Of a stretch of 32,000 nt of DNA, positions 7,873 through 18,048 are shown piece after piece (positions within the stretch are counted from its first letter, which is position 1; every line of letters begins with the position of its first letter). Origin of the DNA: Candidatus Latescibacterota bacterium (lineage in GTDB: Bacteria > Latescibacterota > Latescibacteria > Latescibacterales > Latescibacteraceae); assembly GCA_963668435.2 (NCBI GenBank), contig CAXXSC010000008.1:1143945-1175944 (forward strand), given 5' to 3'. Below the pieces are notes generated by a model, which saw nothing but the letters and a program-made list of their open reading frames with translations, was not told the origin of the DNA and did no database searches. The position numbers were made by a program, and so were the translations under genes.

Positions 7873-8463
7873 ATGGCTAAAAAAATCGGAATACTGACAG
7901 CGGCAAACATGCTGACCTTTTTCAGGATAGCACTGGTACCGCTCTACCTGTGGCTCTTTTCCACGGGCAACTGGCTGATGGCGATTTTCGCGCTCGTCAC
8001 ATTTGTCACCGCCGCTATCACCGACCTGTATGACGGCAGGCTGGCCAGGAGCCGTAAGGAAATAACGAAACTCGGAAAATTCCTCGATCCTCTCGCCGAC
8101 AAATTCCTTGTTCTCGGCGCACTCGCCCAGTTTACGCTTGTGGGACTGGTCAATGTCTGGCTGGTCGCCATCATTCTCATCAGGGACATCTGGGTGACGC
8201 TCATGCGTGTGATCGCCATTGTCCGCGGCACCGAGCTTGTAACATCCGGGAACGCCAAGCTGAAAACGACCATTCAGCTGACAGTGGTCATTACTATCAT
8301 CGTGTTCTACGGCGCCCGTCTGACCGCGATTCATTTCGGTTATGACGGCCCTCTGATCTCGATCGACGGGCATCGCCTGTTTTTCAACGCTCTCGTTGCG
8401 GTGGCGACTGTATTCACTGTCTACTCCTGGATCCAGTACATACTCATAAGCGGCAAAAAGTAA
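7873..8463 (+). CDS. pgsA: CDP-diacylglycerol--glycerol-3-phosphate 3-phosphatidyltransferase (CDP-alcohol phosphatidyltransferase family)
   Basis: The CDP-alcohol motif D-x2-DG-x2-AR-x8-G-x3-D-x3-D is present as TDLYDGRLARSRKEITKLGKFLDPLADK. The protein is multi-TM. The gene is adjacent to pgpA and upstream of cinA-recA, as in Bacillus. Confidence 0.85.
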   Translation: MAKKIGILTAANMLTFFRIALVPLYLWLFSTGNWLMAIFALVTFVTAAITDLYDGRLARSRKEITKLGKFLDPLADKFLVLGALAQFTLVGLVNVWLVAIILIRDIWVTLMRVIAIVRGTELVTSGNAKLKTTIQLTVVITIIVFYGARLTAIHFGYDGPLISIDGHRLFFNALVAVATVFTVYSWIQYILISGKK

Positions 8464-8560
8464 TACTGCCACGATTTTTATAACGGCATCCCGGTTTCAG
8501 ACAGCATGAAATTTCTCGAAATGTTTCTCGCGAACGCTCGGAGAGAACAGGTACTATTAC

Positions 8561-9109
8561 ATGTTCGAACGATATCTGAAAAAAGGCGTCACAAAAACTG
8601 CGGACGATAGCGGCAACGGTTCACCCGCTGGTGAACCACCGCTGATCGCCCGTATGACAGCAACCGGTCTCGGTGCAGGTTATTCACCGCTGGCACAGGG
8701 AACTGTCGGATCGCTCTGGATACCGGCTTTTTATGTATTATATGTCGCCGCTGGCAGGCCCGCAGAAAACATGGCCGGCATGGCAATCGTAGTACTGGCA
8801 GCCGTCAGTTATTTTGCCGGTGTCTGGGCCGCCTCCGTCTGCGAACCGTTCTGGGGAAAGGATCCCGGACGGGTTGTCATTGATGAGATATCAGGGATGT
8901 TCGTGTCGCTGATGTTCCTGCCGCTGACAGCGCTGACAGTCACACTCGCATTCGTGTTTTTCAGGATTTTCGACATCCTGAAACCGCCGCCGGTCAAACA
9001 GTTGGAAAGCTGCAGAAGCGGCTGGGGCGTCATGAATGATGATGTCATGGCCGGTGTATATGCCAATATCGCGATCCGCATCGTGCTGTTTTTCGTGACA
9101 GGCAGTTGA
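8561..9109 (+). CDS. pgpA: Phosphatidylglycerophosphatase A
   Basis: PgpA-like motifs are present: TGLGAGYSPLAQGTVGSL, VVIDEISGM and RIFDILKPPP...GWGVMNDDVMAGVYA. The start is uncertain; an in-frame ATG at 8654 is an alternative. Confidence 0.8.
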   Translation: MFERYLKKGVTKTADDSGNGSPAGEPPLIARMTATGLGAGYSPLAQGTVGSLWIPAFYVLYVAAGRPAENMAGMAIVVLAAVSYFAGVWAASVCEPFWGKDPGRVVIDEISGMFVSLMFLPLTALTVTLAFVFFRIFDILKPPPVKQLESCRSGWGVMNDDVMAGVYANIAIRIVLFFVTGS

Positions 9110-9136
9110 CAGACGGCTTCTCGCTTAAGCGGCAGA

Positions 9137-9161
9137 ACAAAGGAAACTTTATTTCCTTTGT
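9137..9161. terminator. AT-rich perfect hairpin between pgpA and cinA (ACAAAGGAAA CTTTA TTTCCTTTGT)
   Basis: A 10-bp stem with a 5-nt loop, read directly. No clear T-tract follows, so a terminator function is only a guess. Confidence 0.2.
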
Positions 9162-9207
9162 ATCGTTGAAACATTCGAACCCTAACACGGAAATGTAATC
9201 AGGCAAA

Positions 9208-10443
9208 ATGTCACCCACTATTGAAATACTGATAATCGGCGATGAGATCCTCGCGGGAAAAACGGTCGACGCCAATGCCCCGTATATGCGGGACAGGCTA
9301 ATTATGGCCGGATTTCACGTTGACTTCATCACTGTCTCGGGAGACAGTGTCGAAAGCATTTCCGGAGCGGCAAAAAATGCTGTCAACCGTGCCGATATAG
9401 TGCTTGTCAGCGGCGGTCTCGGACCGACCTCGGACGATATTACTGTTGAATCGGTAGCCGGGGCTTTAGACTGTCCGCTCGAGCTGAATGAAGATGTACT
9501 TGCAGATATTGTCGAGCTGTTCAAACGGCGCGGCCGTGACATGAGCGAATCGAACAAGAAGCAGGCGATGATCCCCAAAGGCGCGAAAGTATTGGACAAT
9601 CCCCACGGGACTGCGCCGGGAATCCGTTTCGAGGCCGAAAACACAATATTTTATTTCATGCCGGGCGTTCCCCGCGAGATGCAGACAATTTTCGACGAGT
9701 CGATATTACCCGATATCCGGGAGGATTTCACACCTGCCAGGATCGAAACGGCGACAGTTAGCATCAACGGAATTTCAGAATCCGAGCTCTACGACAGGAT
9801 CAAACACCTTCCCGGAGCACGGGAGGCGCTGGCGTTCTATCCCAAATACTCCGGCATCGAAATCCGTATCAAGACTGGTGAAAACGCCCCTGCCACAGCG
9901 GAAGAACTGAAACAGGAGATCGTTGCCACATTCGGCAGCCGTGTTTTCTCGACCTCCGGCGAAACGCTGGAAAAAGTTGTCGGCGATCTCATGGCGGTCA
10001 AGGGGCTGACAGTCGCTGTCGCCGAATCATGCACAGGCGGACTGATATCGAGCCGTCTGACAGATATACCGGGCTCGTCAGCCTACCTTCTTCTTGGTGC
10101 GGTGACCTATTCGAACGAATCGAAAACAGCAGTACTCGGTGTCGATCCAGCGCTGATAAAGCAGCATGGTGCGGTATCCGGGCCGGTTGCCGCAGCAATG
10201 GCGGAGGGTGTGAGAAAAGCCGCGGAGGCTGACATCGGGCTCTCAACAACCGGTATTGCGGGCCCTGGCGGGGCAACGAAGGAAAAACCGTTGGGACTGA
10301 TGTACACCGCGGTAAGTGACAAACATGGAACAGAGACAAAAAAGTTGCAATTTGCCGAGGATAGGCGTATTAATAAGAGCAGAATGTCACAGGCTGTTCT
10401 CGACATTCTGAGACACAGGATAATCTCGAAGTACGGAGGATGA
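9208..10443 (+). CDS. cinA: Competence/damage-inducible protein CinA (MoCF-type domain plus C-terminal nicotinamide-nucleotide amidase PncC domain)
   Basis: The N-terminus reads EILIIGDEILAGKTVDANAPYM...VLVSGGLGPTSDDIT. The C-terminal CinA domain reads TVAVAESCTGGLISSRLTDIPGSSAY..GAVTYSNESK. The gene lies upstream of recA. Confidence 0.9.
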   Translation: MSPTIEILIIGDEILAGKTVDANAPYMRDRLIMAGFHVDFITVSGDSVESISGAAKNAVNRADIVLVSGGLGPTSDDITVESVAGALDCPLELNEDVLADIVELFKRRGRDMSESNKKQAMIPKGAKVLDNPHGTAPGIRFEAENTIFYFMPGVPREMQTIFDESILPDIREDFTPARIETATVSINGISESELYDRIKHLPGAREALAFYPKYSGIEIRIKTGENAPATAEELKQEIVATFGSRVFSTSGETLEKVVGDLMAVKGLTVAVAESCTGGLISSRLTDIPGSSAYLLLGAVTYSNESKTAVLGVDPALIKQHGAVSGPVAAAMAEGVRKAAEADIGLSTTGIAGPGGATKEKPLGLMYTAVSDKHGTETKKLQFAEDRRINKSRMSQAVLDILRHRIISKYGG

Positions 10444-10598
10444 GCGGAGCAAGAGCTAATGTTTGGAAGCATGCCTAAGTAATCATGACACGACGCTTTG
10501 TATCCCTCGGGGAAAGACAGGAAAAGTCTGGACTGTTCAGACAGGTGAGGGCGCAAAGTGCAGGACGATTTCAACAAGTTGCAAGGGAATTTCAATTA

Positions 10599-11222
10599 AT
10601 GAGAACTTTTATTGCTGTTGATGTACCGGATGAAGTGAAAGAACAGATTGGAGAATACATACAGTCGATAAAAACCACAATGGACAAGAATATCAAGTGG
10701 GTTAATCCTAAAAACCTGCATTTTACGATAAAATTCCTGGGCGAGATCAGAAAATCAGAACTTCCCGCCCTGAAAGACTGTGTACAGCGAACGGCGGCCG
10801 AATTCGACCGTTTCCTGATTGAACTAAGCGGACTTGGAGTATTCCCTAATGAAAACAACCCGCGGGTGTTCTGGGTCGGCACTGATATTGGCGGCGACTC
10901 GATGCTCGACATTTTCCACGATCTCGAGAACATGCTCGAGAAATGCGGTTATGACCGGGACTCCAAGACTTTTTCACCCCACCTCACTATAGGCAGGGTG
11001 AAAAAGTACAAGAAAGCAACGATGCCCGAGCGGATAATCGATTTCGATCATGCCGGATTCGAAGCAAAGGGTCTTTCCATTATCAAGAGCACACTGACGC
11101 CCGACGGTCCGATCTACGAAAACATATTCTCGTGCCCGTTCGAGAAAGACACGGCAGAAAACACCGAGTCCACAACGGAAAATGAGGAGGCAGTCCTCGA
11201 CATGGCCGACAGCAACGCCTGA
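10599..11222 (+). CDS. thpR: RNA 2',3'-cyclic phosphodiesterase (2H phosphoesterase, ThpR/LigT family) with an acidic C-terminal tail
   Basis: MRTFIAVDVPDEV is a typical N-terminus. Two HxT motifs are present (LHFTIKFLG and PHLTIGR). I chose the ATG at 10599; the 38-codon upstream extension of the ORF looks non-protein-like. Confidence 0.8.
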   Translation: MRTFIAVDVPDEVKEQIGEYIQSIKTTMDKNIKWVNPKNLHFTIKFLGEIRKSELPALKDCVQRTAAEFDRFLIELSGLGVFPNENNPRVFWVGTDIGGDSMLDIFHDLENMLEKCGYDRDSKTFSPHLTIGRVKKYKKATMPERIIDFDHAGFEAKGLSIIKSTLTPDGPIYENIFSCPFEKDTAENTESTTENEEAVLDMADSNA

Positions 11223-11303
11223 TCGAACCTGTCAGACCGCCGGAACCGGAAGATATTGTAAATTTTGACAACACATAATTAAGAAAGAATACCGGGGGTG
11301 ACC

Positions 11304-12353
<1,050 letters not shown>

Positions 12354-12492
12354 TCCCGGCACTATTACGGTGACGGGCAGTCAGCAACCACTGCAGCCGA
12401 TACTCCCCGGGGAGATAGACAGTGCTGCGGCGGCATCGGCGGACGGTGAATCCGCTCCGCAGCTTAATTGAACCGATAGTTGGAGTTTTTTC

Positions 12493-15138
12493 ATGACCTC
12501 AAACGAAATACGCGAATGTTATCTCAGCTACTTTGAGAAAAAGGGCCACAGCCGTGTCGCCAGTTCGGCGGTCATTCCCTGGGGCGATCCCACGCTCCTG
12601 TTCACCAACGCGGGTATGAACCAGTTCAAGGATACGTTCCTCGGCCTCGAGAAACGGGACTACACAAGAGCCACAACCTGTCAGAAATGTATCCGCGCGG
12701 GCGGCAAGCACAACGACCTCGACGAGGTCGGTCGCACGACCCGTCACGGCACGTTCCTCGAAATGCTCGGCAATTTCTCCTTTGGTGATTATTTCAAGGA
12801 GAATGCAATCACATTCGCATGGGAGCTCATGACCGGCGAACTCGGTTTCAATCCCGACGTTCTCTACCCCAGTGTCTACACAACTGACGACGAGGCATAC
12901 GCAATCTGGCGCGATCAGATTGGTGTTCCCGAGTCACGCATCCTCCGTTTCGGCAATATAGAGGAAGGCGACGACGAGAATTTCTGGAGCATGGGCCCGG
13001 TCGGCCCCTGCGGCCCCTGTTCAGAGATATATATTGACCGCGGCAATGAATACGGCCCGGACGATCCCTATGAGTCTCTCAGGATCGACGCCCCTCGCTA
13101 TCTCGAGCTCTGGAACCTGGTGTTCATGCAGTTCAACCGGAGTGAAGACGGCACAATGACACCGCTTCCCGCACCCTCCATCGACACCGGACTCGGTCTC
13201 GAGCGTGTCGCAATGATCCAGCAGGGCAAGGAAAACATCTTTGAAACAGATATCCTCGGCTCACTTGTCAGCCGTGTCGAGGAGTTCACCGGCAAGAAAT
13301 ATGTGGAGGCAACCGGCATGCCTTTCCGTGTCGCCGCCGACCATATACGTACGCTGACATTCGCCATCGCGGACGGCGCCATTCCCTCCAATGAGGGACG
13401 CGGTTATGTCCTGAGACGTATCCTGCGGCGCGGCTCCCGTTACCTGCGCGAGCTGGACGTTCATGAGCCGATGCTCTACCGTCTTGTCGAGGATGTTGTC
13501 GAGCACATGGGCGGAGCCTACCCCGAAATCACCGAGCGTTCCGATTATATCGCAATGGTCATCAAGAGCGAAGAGGAACGTTTCCTCAAGACTCTCGACC
13601 AGGGCATCGATCTTTTCGAGCAGGTTGTCGCCGACGTGAAAAAAGGCGGCGAACGTGTGATTGCCGGTCCCGATGCGTTCAGACTTTATGACACCTACGG
13701 TTTCCCGGTCGACCTGACACGGATAATGGCCGAGGAACAGGAAATGACGGTCGACATGGCCGGTTTCGAGAAGGAAATGGAATCACAGCGTGACCGTGCA
13801 CGCGCGGCCTCATCCTTTGCGACCAACCACGATGACGATGTCCCGTGGACTGATGCTGTCGAGGGTGCCGCAAAGAAGAGCGTTTTCAAGGGATATGAGA
13901 CAGACAGTCTCGACGCCTCACTGCTCCGTCACCGCACAACAGATTCCGGAATAGAACTCGTTTTCGACAAGACTCCGTTCTACGCCCTTTCCGGCGGACA
14001 GGCAAGCGATACCGGCACTATCACAGCGCCAGATAAATCGTTCACACTCAAGGTCAAGGATGTCTACGACAGCCTCGAGGCTGGACGTGTCCATGTCTGT
14101 GAACCGGAATCAGGCACATTTTCACCTGATGCTTTCAAAGAGAAAAAGGCGACTCTTGCCATTGACAATTCACCGCGCCGTGACACCGAGCGGAATCACT
14201 CCTCAACCCACCTTCTCCAGGCGGCGTTACAGGAGGTGCTCGGTGACCATGTCCGCCAGTCAGGTTCGGCGGTTGACTCCGAACGGCTCCGTTTCGATTT
14301 CAATCATTTCTCCGGCATGACAGAGGAAGAGATTGACGCTGTCGAGCGCAAGGTCAACGCGGCTGTCATCGAAGATATCGATGTCGTGATCAAGGAAACC
14401 AGCCTGGAAGAGGCCCGTTCCATGGGCGCCATGAGCCTGTTCGATGAAAAATACGGCGATACAGTACGCATGGTCAAGATGGGCGATGTCTCGCTTGAGC
14501 TCTGCGGCGGTACACATGTAACAGCCACCGGGCGTATCGGCCTTTTCCGTATCGTTTCCGAATCCTCGGTCGCGGCAGGTATCAGGCGTATCGAGGCGGT
14601 CACCGGCATGAAAGCGTTCGAACTGGCGAAAAAGGAACAGGGCATCGTCAGCGGCCTCTCGCAGGTACTGAATGCCGGAGCCGAGGAAATTCCCGCACGT
14701 GTCGAAAGCCTCACCGCGAAAATCCGCGACATGGAAAAAGAAATCAAGCGCCTGAGGACTGAAGGTGCATTCAGCGGCGACAATATTATCGGTGACGCGA
14801 AAGACGTCGATGGATTCAAGGTTGCGGCAGCCCGTCTGGACGTTCAGGACGCCAACGAGCTCAAGGCTGCGGCCGACACGGTCCGCGACAAACTCAAGAG
14901 CGGCGTAGGCGTTCTCGGTGCCGCTATCAATGACAAGGTCACTATCGTGGTGACTGTCACGGACGACCTTATCAAGGAGAAGGGGCTCAAGGCTGGCGAT
15001 ATTGTCAAGAAAGTCGCCGAAAAGGTCGGCGGCTCCGGCGGCGGCAAACCGCATATGGCAATGGCTGGCGGCAAGAATGTCGACATGCTCGACGATGCGC
15101 TGGCCTCCGCGGCAGACGAAATCAAGGCAATGCTCTGA
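12493..15138 (+). CDS. alaS: Alanine--tRNA ligase
   Basis: 881 aa. FTNAGMNQFKD, CQKCIRAGGKHNDLDEVG...HGTFLEMLGNFSFGDYFK and the editing-domain metal site HSSTHLL...CGGTHV are present, followed by a C-terminal DHHA1-like GGGKPHMAMAGG. Confidence 0.97.
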   Translation: MTSNEIRECYLSYFEKKGHSRVASSAVIPWGDPTLLFTNAGMNQFKDTFLGLEKRDYTRATTCQKCIRAGGKHNDLDEVGRTTRHGTFLEMLGNFSFGDYFKENAITFAWELMTGELGFNPDVLYPSVYTTDDEAYAIWRDQIGVPESRILRFGNIEEGDDENFWSMGPVGPCGPCSEIYIDRGNEYGPDDPYESLRIDAPRYLELWNLVFMQFNRSEDGTMTPLPAPSIDTGLGLERVAMIQQGKENIFETDILGSLVSRVEEFTGKKYVEATGMPFRVAADHIRTLTFAIADGAIPSNEGRGYVLRRILRRGSRYLRELDVHEPMLYRLVEDVVEHMGGAYPEITERSDYIAMVIKSEEERFLKTLDQGIDLFEQVVADVKKGGERVIAGPDAFRLYDTYGFPVDLTRIMAEEQEMTVDMAGFEKEMESQRDRARAASSFATNHDDDVPWTDAVEGAAKKSVFKGYETDSLDASLLRHRTTDSGIELVFDKTPFYALSGGQASDTGTITAPDKSFTLKVKDVYDSLEAGRVHVCEPESGTFSPDAFKEKKATLAIDNSPRRDTERNHSSTHLLQAALQEVLGDHVRQSGSAVDSERLRFDFNHFSGMTEEEIDAVERKVNAAVIEDIDVVIKETSLEEARSMGAMSLFDEKYGDTVRMVKMGDVSLELCGGTHVTATGRIGLFRIVSESSVAAGIRRIEAVTGMKAFELAKKEQGIVSGLSQVLNAGAEEIPARVESLTAKIRDMEKEIKRLRTEGAFSGDNIIGDAKDVDGFKVAAARLDVQDANELKAAADTVRDKLKSGVGVLGAAINDKVTIVVTVTDDLIKEKGLKAGDIVKKVAEKVGGSGGGKPHMAMAGGKNVDMLDDALASAADEIKAML

Positions 15139-15195
15139 TATTCAGCTGCAGCGAACAAAGACATGGAAACATCACACAGACAGCGATGGGGAAAC

Positions 15196-15954
15196 ATGGC
15201 TTTTTCGAAAGACACAGGCGTATACGAATACCTTCTCGAGACTAAACGGACGAATGGTGGGGGATTTTTCGTGCTGCTCGATCCCGACCGTGCCGACACA
15301 CAGGCGACCCGCGATCATGCGAAACGCTGTGTCGATGCCGGTGTCGACGCCCTTCTGGTGGGTACAAGCCTCATGATGGGCAGTTCTTTCGACGAGCAGG
15401 TCGCGGCAATTGCCGAGGTATCCGATGTGCCGGTCATAATCTTTCCCGGAGAGAAAGGCCAGGTCACGAAAGCGGCCGACGCCATCCTCTTCCTCTCGCT
15501 TCTTTCGGGCAGGAATCCGGAACTGATTATTGGCGAACAGGTCAGAAGCGCCCCGCGGATAAAAAGTATTGGTCTCGAGGCAATTTCAACCGCCTACCTT
15601 CTGATCGAATCAGGCCGCATGACCTCGGTGGAATACATGTCCAATACCCGGCCGATCCCTTCGCACAAGGCCGATATCGCTGTCTCACATGCCATGGCGG
15701 CAGAGCTTTTCGGCATGAAAATGATCTATCTCGAAGCAGGGAGCGGGGCAAAATACTCCGTTCCCTGCGAGATGATCAGCGCTGTCTCATCGTCGGTAGA
15801 CATCCCGGTTATCGTCGGCGGCGGTATCCGCGCACCTGAGACAGTCGCTGAAAAAGTCTCGGCGGGCGCATCTTTTGTCGTTGTCGGCAACCATTTTGAG
15901 GATAATGACAGCGCCAACCTCGCATCATTTGTTAAAGCCGCTCATTACGGCTGA
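15196..15954 (+). CDS. Geranylgeranylglyceryl / heptaprenylglyceryl phosphate synthase family protein (GGGPS/PcrB, group-II-like)
   Basis: Family blocks are present: VLLDPDR, GVDALLVGTS, PVIIFPG, ADAILFLSLLSGRNPELIIGEQ, IYLEAGSGA, PVIVGGGIR and VVVGN. I chose the ATG at 15196 over the upstream ATG at 15163. Confidence 0.85.
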   Translation: MAFSKDTGVYEYLLETKRTNGGGFFVLLDPDRADTQATRDHAKRCVDAGVDALLVGTSLMMGSSFDEQVAAIAEVSDVPVIIFPGEKGQVTKAADAILFLSLLSGRNPELIIGEQVRSAPRIKSIGLEAISTAYLLIESGRMTSVEYMSNTRPIPSHKADIAVSHAMAAELFGMKMIYLEAGSGAKYSVPCEMISAVSSSVDIPVIVGGGIRAPETVAEKVSAGASFVVVGNHFEDNDSANLASFVKAAHYG

Positions 15955-16214
15955 AACCAGCCGGACTTCCACAGATCATTTCAAACGGCTTTTGCCCCTT
16001 TGAATCACTTCCTGCACAGCTTGTATTCCTGATATATGCAAGCACCTGTCTTTGATATTTTGCTATGTTCCAGAAAATAAAAGCACTATATTCTTTTCAT
16101 GGAGGATTATGCCTTCATTGAAAAATATCCGGCGGACACATCCTGTCAGTAAGAACGGGGACTGCCGGAGTATCAGCGACTTCAGCCAGTACACAGCATA
16201 GAAACGGGGATGTC

Positions 16215-16928
16215 ATGTATATCGATCTTCACAGCCATATTCTGAATGGTGTCGACGACGGCCCTGAATCCCTTGAAATGGCCCTGGAAATGATCAAGTA
16301 CGCTTCCGAGAACGGGGTCCGGGCTATCTGCGCGACGCCTCATGTTCTCGACAGCCTTCAGAATGAGGACCTCGTTCTGTCGCGTTTCAAGAGGCTCAGC
16401 GAAGCGGTACAGGACGCGGAGATCAATGTCGATCTCTACCTTGGCGCGGAAATCAATTTCCAGTTCGGCATCGAGGAAATTCTCGAATCTCCAATCGGTA
16501 CGTATCGCGGTATGGGACGCTACTTCCTGGTCGAGACCACGCTGACCCATTTCCCGAAACATTTCGAGGAAACGCTGCATGGTATTATCCAGCAAGGCAA
16601 ACGCCCTATTTTCGCTCATCCGGAGCGTGTCGGCCCCATTGTCGGCGATATCGAACTGCTGCGCGACCTGACAAACATCGGCATACTCCTTCAGGTGAAC
16701 GCCGGAAGCCTTGTTGGTAATTTCGGTAGCAAAACAAAGAAATTCGTCTGGGAAATCCTGGAAAACGGGCTTGCCACTTTCATAGCTTCGGATGCCCACG
16801 ACATGCGGCGGCGCAAGTTCAATCTTGACAAGGCATGGCATATGGTTGTCGATGCCTTTGACGATGATATTGCCGACAAGTACATGTTTGACAATCCCCT
16901 GCATGTGATCATGGGAGAAAACATTTAG
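16215..16928 (+). CDS. PHP-family phosphoesterase resembling the CpsB/YwqE protein-tyrosine phosphatase
   Basis: The N-terminus MYIDLHSHILNGVDDGPESLEMALEMIKYASENGVRAICATPHV matches the CpsB-type metal-binding motifs. FAHPERV and ASDAHD lie further on. Confidence 0.75.
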   Translation: MYIDLHSHILNGVDDGPESLEMALEMIKYASENGVRAICATPHVLDSLQNEDLVLSRFKRLSEAVQDAEINVDLYLGAEINFQFGIEEILESPIGTYRGMGRYFLVETTLTHFPKHFEETLHGIIQQGKRPIFAHPERVGPIVGDIELLRDLTNIGILLQVNAGSLVGNFGSKTKKFVWEILENGLATFIASDAHDMRRRKFNLDKAWHMVVDAFDDDIADKYMFDNPLHVIMGENI

Positions 16929-16965
16929 CCAGCAGTGGCACCTTTATACTATCCGGGACCCGGTC

Positions 16966-17346
16966 ATGAAACGCGATTCAGATGTCATTGGCGCCGAACT
17001 TCATATGGCAGCGAAAATCCTCGCGGGACGTATATGGAAAATTGTCGCCGACTGGGGAAACTGGGAACGCGAAACGTTTGGTGACGAGCTGTCACGTTCT
17101 GCTGATGTATTTGCCGATTACGTATCACGTGCCACGGTGACCGGCCTGCCCAAAGAACGGCTTGATTATGGCCGCCGCGCCAGATCGCAGTACTTCGAAA
17201 TCCGCTCGATACTCCGCCGCGCCTTTTCGAAAGATGTTATTTCAGAGGACGACATCGACAGCCTTCTTATTATCATGGAAAAAATTGAACCAGAACTGAA
17301 AGCCCTTGTTGATCGTCTCGACAGACAGACACGTTTTAAACGATGA
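16966..17346 (+). CDS. Hypothetical all-helical protein, possibly a divergent four-helix-bundle protein (the so-called 23S rRNA intervening sequence protein family)
   Basis: 126-aa ORF, 37 nt after the previous gene and 9 nt before coaB. A loose pattern match exists (ETFGDELSRSADVFADYVSRA ... ARSQYFEIRSILRRA ... ELKALVDRL). The family assignment is weak. Confidence 0.45.
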   Translation: MKRDSDVIGAELHMAAKILAGRIWKIVADWGNWERETFGDELSRSADVFADYVSRATVTGLPKERLDYGRRARSQYFEIRSILRRAFSKDVISEDDIDSLLIIMEKIEPELKALVDRLDRQTRFKR

Positions 17347-17355
17347 ACGAATAAT

Positions 17356-18021
17356 ATGCAGGAATGGATTCTCGTAACATCCGGCCCGACACGCGCCTAT
17401 TTCGATCGCATTCGCTATATTGCAAACACCTCGAGCGGCGCTCTCGGCAGAGAAATTGTTGAAGCACTCGCCGGATCGGGATGTACGGTCAGCCATATTT
17501 TTGGCGCCGGAAGCCAGCACAGCACCAGCTGGCCGGACTTGATCGACAATATCGAAATCGAGACGGTTGACGATCTCATTACCGCTGTCGAAACGGTCTG
17601 CAGCGACAAAAAGATCGCCGCAGTTGTCCACGCGATGGCGGTACTCGACTATCAGCCGGAAACACGTCTGGCCGAAAAGAAGAAATCCGGCCAGTACAGC
17701 TGGACACTCACGCTGAAACGGACACCGAAAGTGACGCCGATCATCCGATCTCTCCTGCCAGATGCGGCAGTTATCGGTTTCAAGCTCGAATCGGGAGTGA
17801 CTGAATCAGAACTGATCGACAGGGCGGTCGAATCACTTGAAAAGTACCATATCGACGCTGTCGTGGCCAATGATCTCGAAAAAGTGGGCCCGGACCGTCA
17901 TGAAGCGCTCATTATCGGCAAAAACGGCGCTGTCCTTAAACGTTGCGAAAGCAAACGCGAAATCGCCGCGGCTGTCAGGGATATTATTCACGACCTCACC
18001 GGTCTTTCCGAAAAACGGTAA
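17356..18021 (+). CDS. coaB: Phosphopantothenate--cysteine ligase-like protein (stand-alone CoaB domain, no CoaC domain)
   Basis: [27 protein letters not shown] aligns with the E. coli Dfp CoaB block [61 protein letters not shown] and AVVANDL are also present. Confidence 0.8.
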   Translation: [221 protein letters not shown]

Positions 18022-18048
18022 TGAGGCAAAGGCATTGGAGAAATCTGC

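Noticed and set aside
10485-10598. 38-codon N-terminal extension of the thpR ORF
   Set aside because: 2H phosphoesterases start at the MRxFIA(V/L) strand. The extension is R/Q-rich and unlike protein. The ATG at 10599 was chosen.
14260-15054. 264-aa minus-strand ORF. Similar ones lie at 18133-18888 (251 aa), 6805-7434 (209 aa) and 7837-8472 (211 aa).
   Set aside because: Each lies entirely inside a confidently identified + strand gene (alaS, the AAA+ gene, ybaB/recR, pgsA). None has family signatures, so these are shadow ORFs.
16099-16201. Two tiny ORFs (17 aa from 16099, 30 aa from 16109) next to a GGAGG motif, in the spacer before the PHP phosphatase gene
   Set aside because: The GGAGG is only 3 nt from one ATG and overlaps the other. 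The peptides have no features, and nothing else supports them.
16182-16904. 240-aa ORF on the minus strand
   Set aside because: It is fully antisense to the CpsB-like PHP phosphatase gene (16215-16928), which has clear family motifs. The minus-strand product has no recognisable motifs, so this is a shadow ORF.
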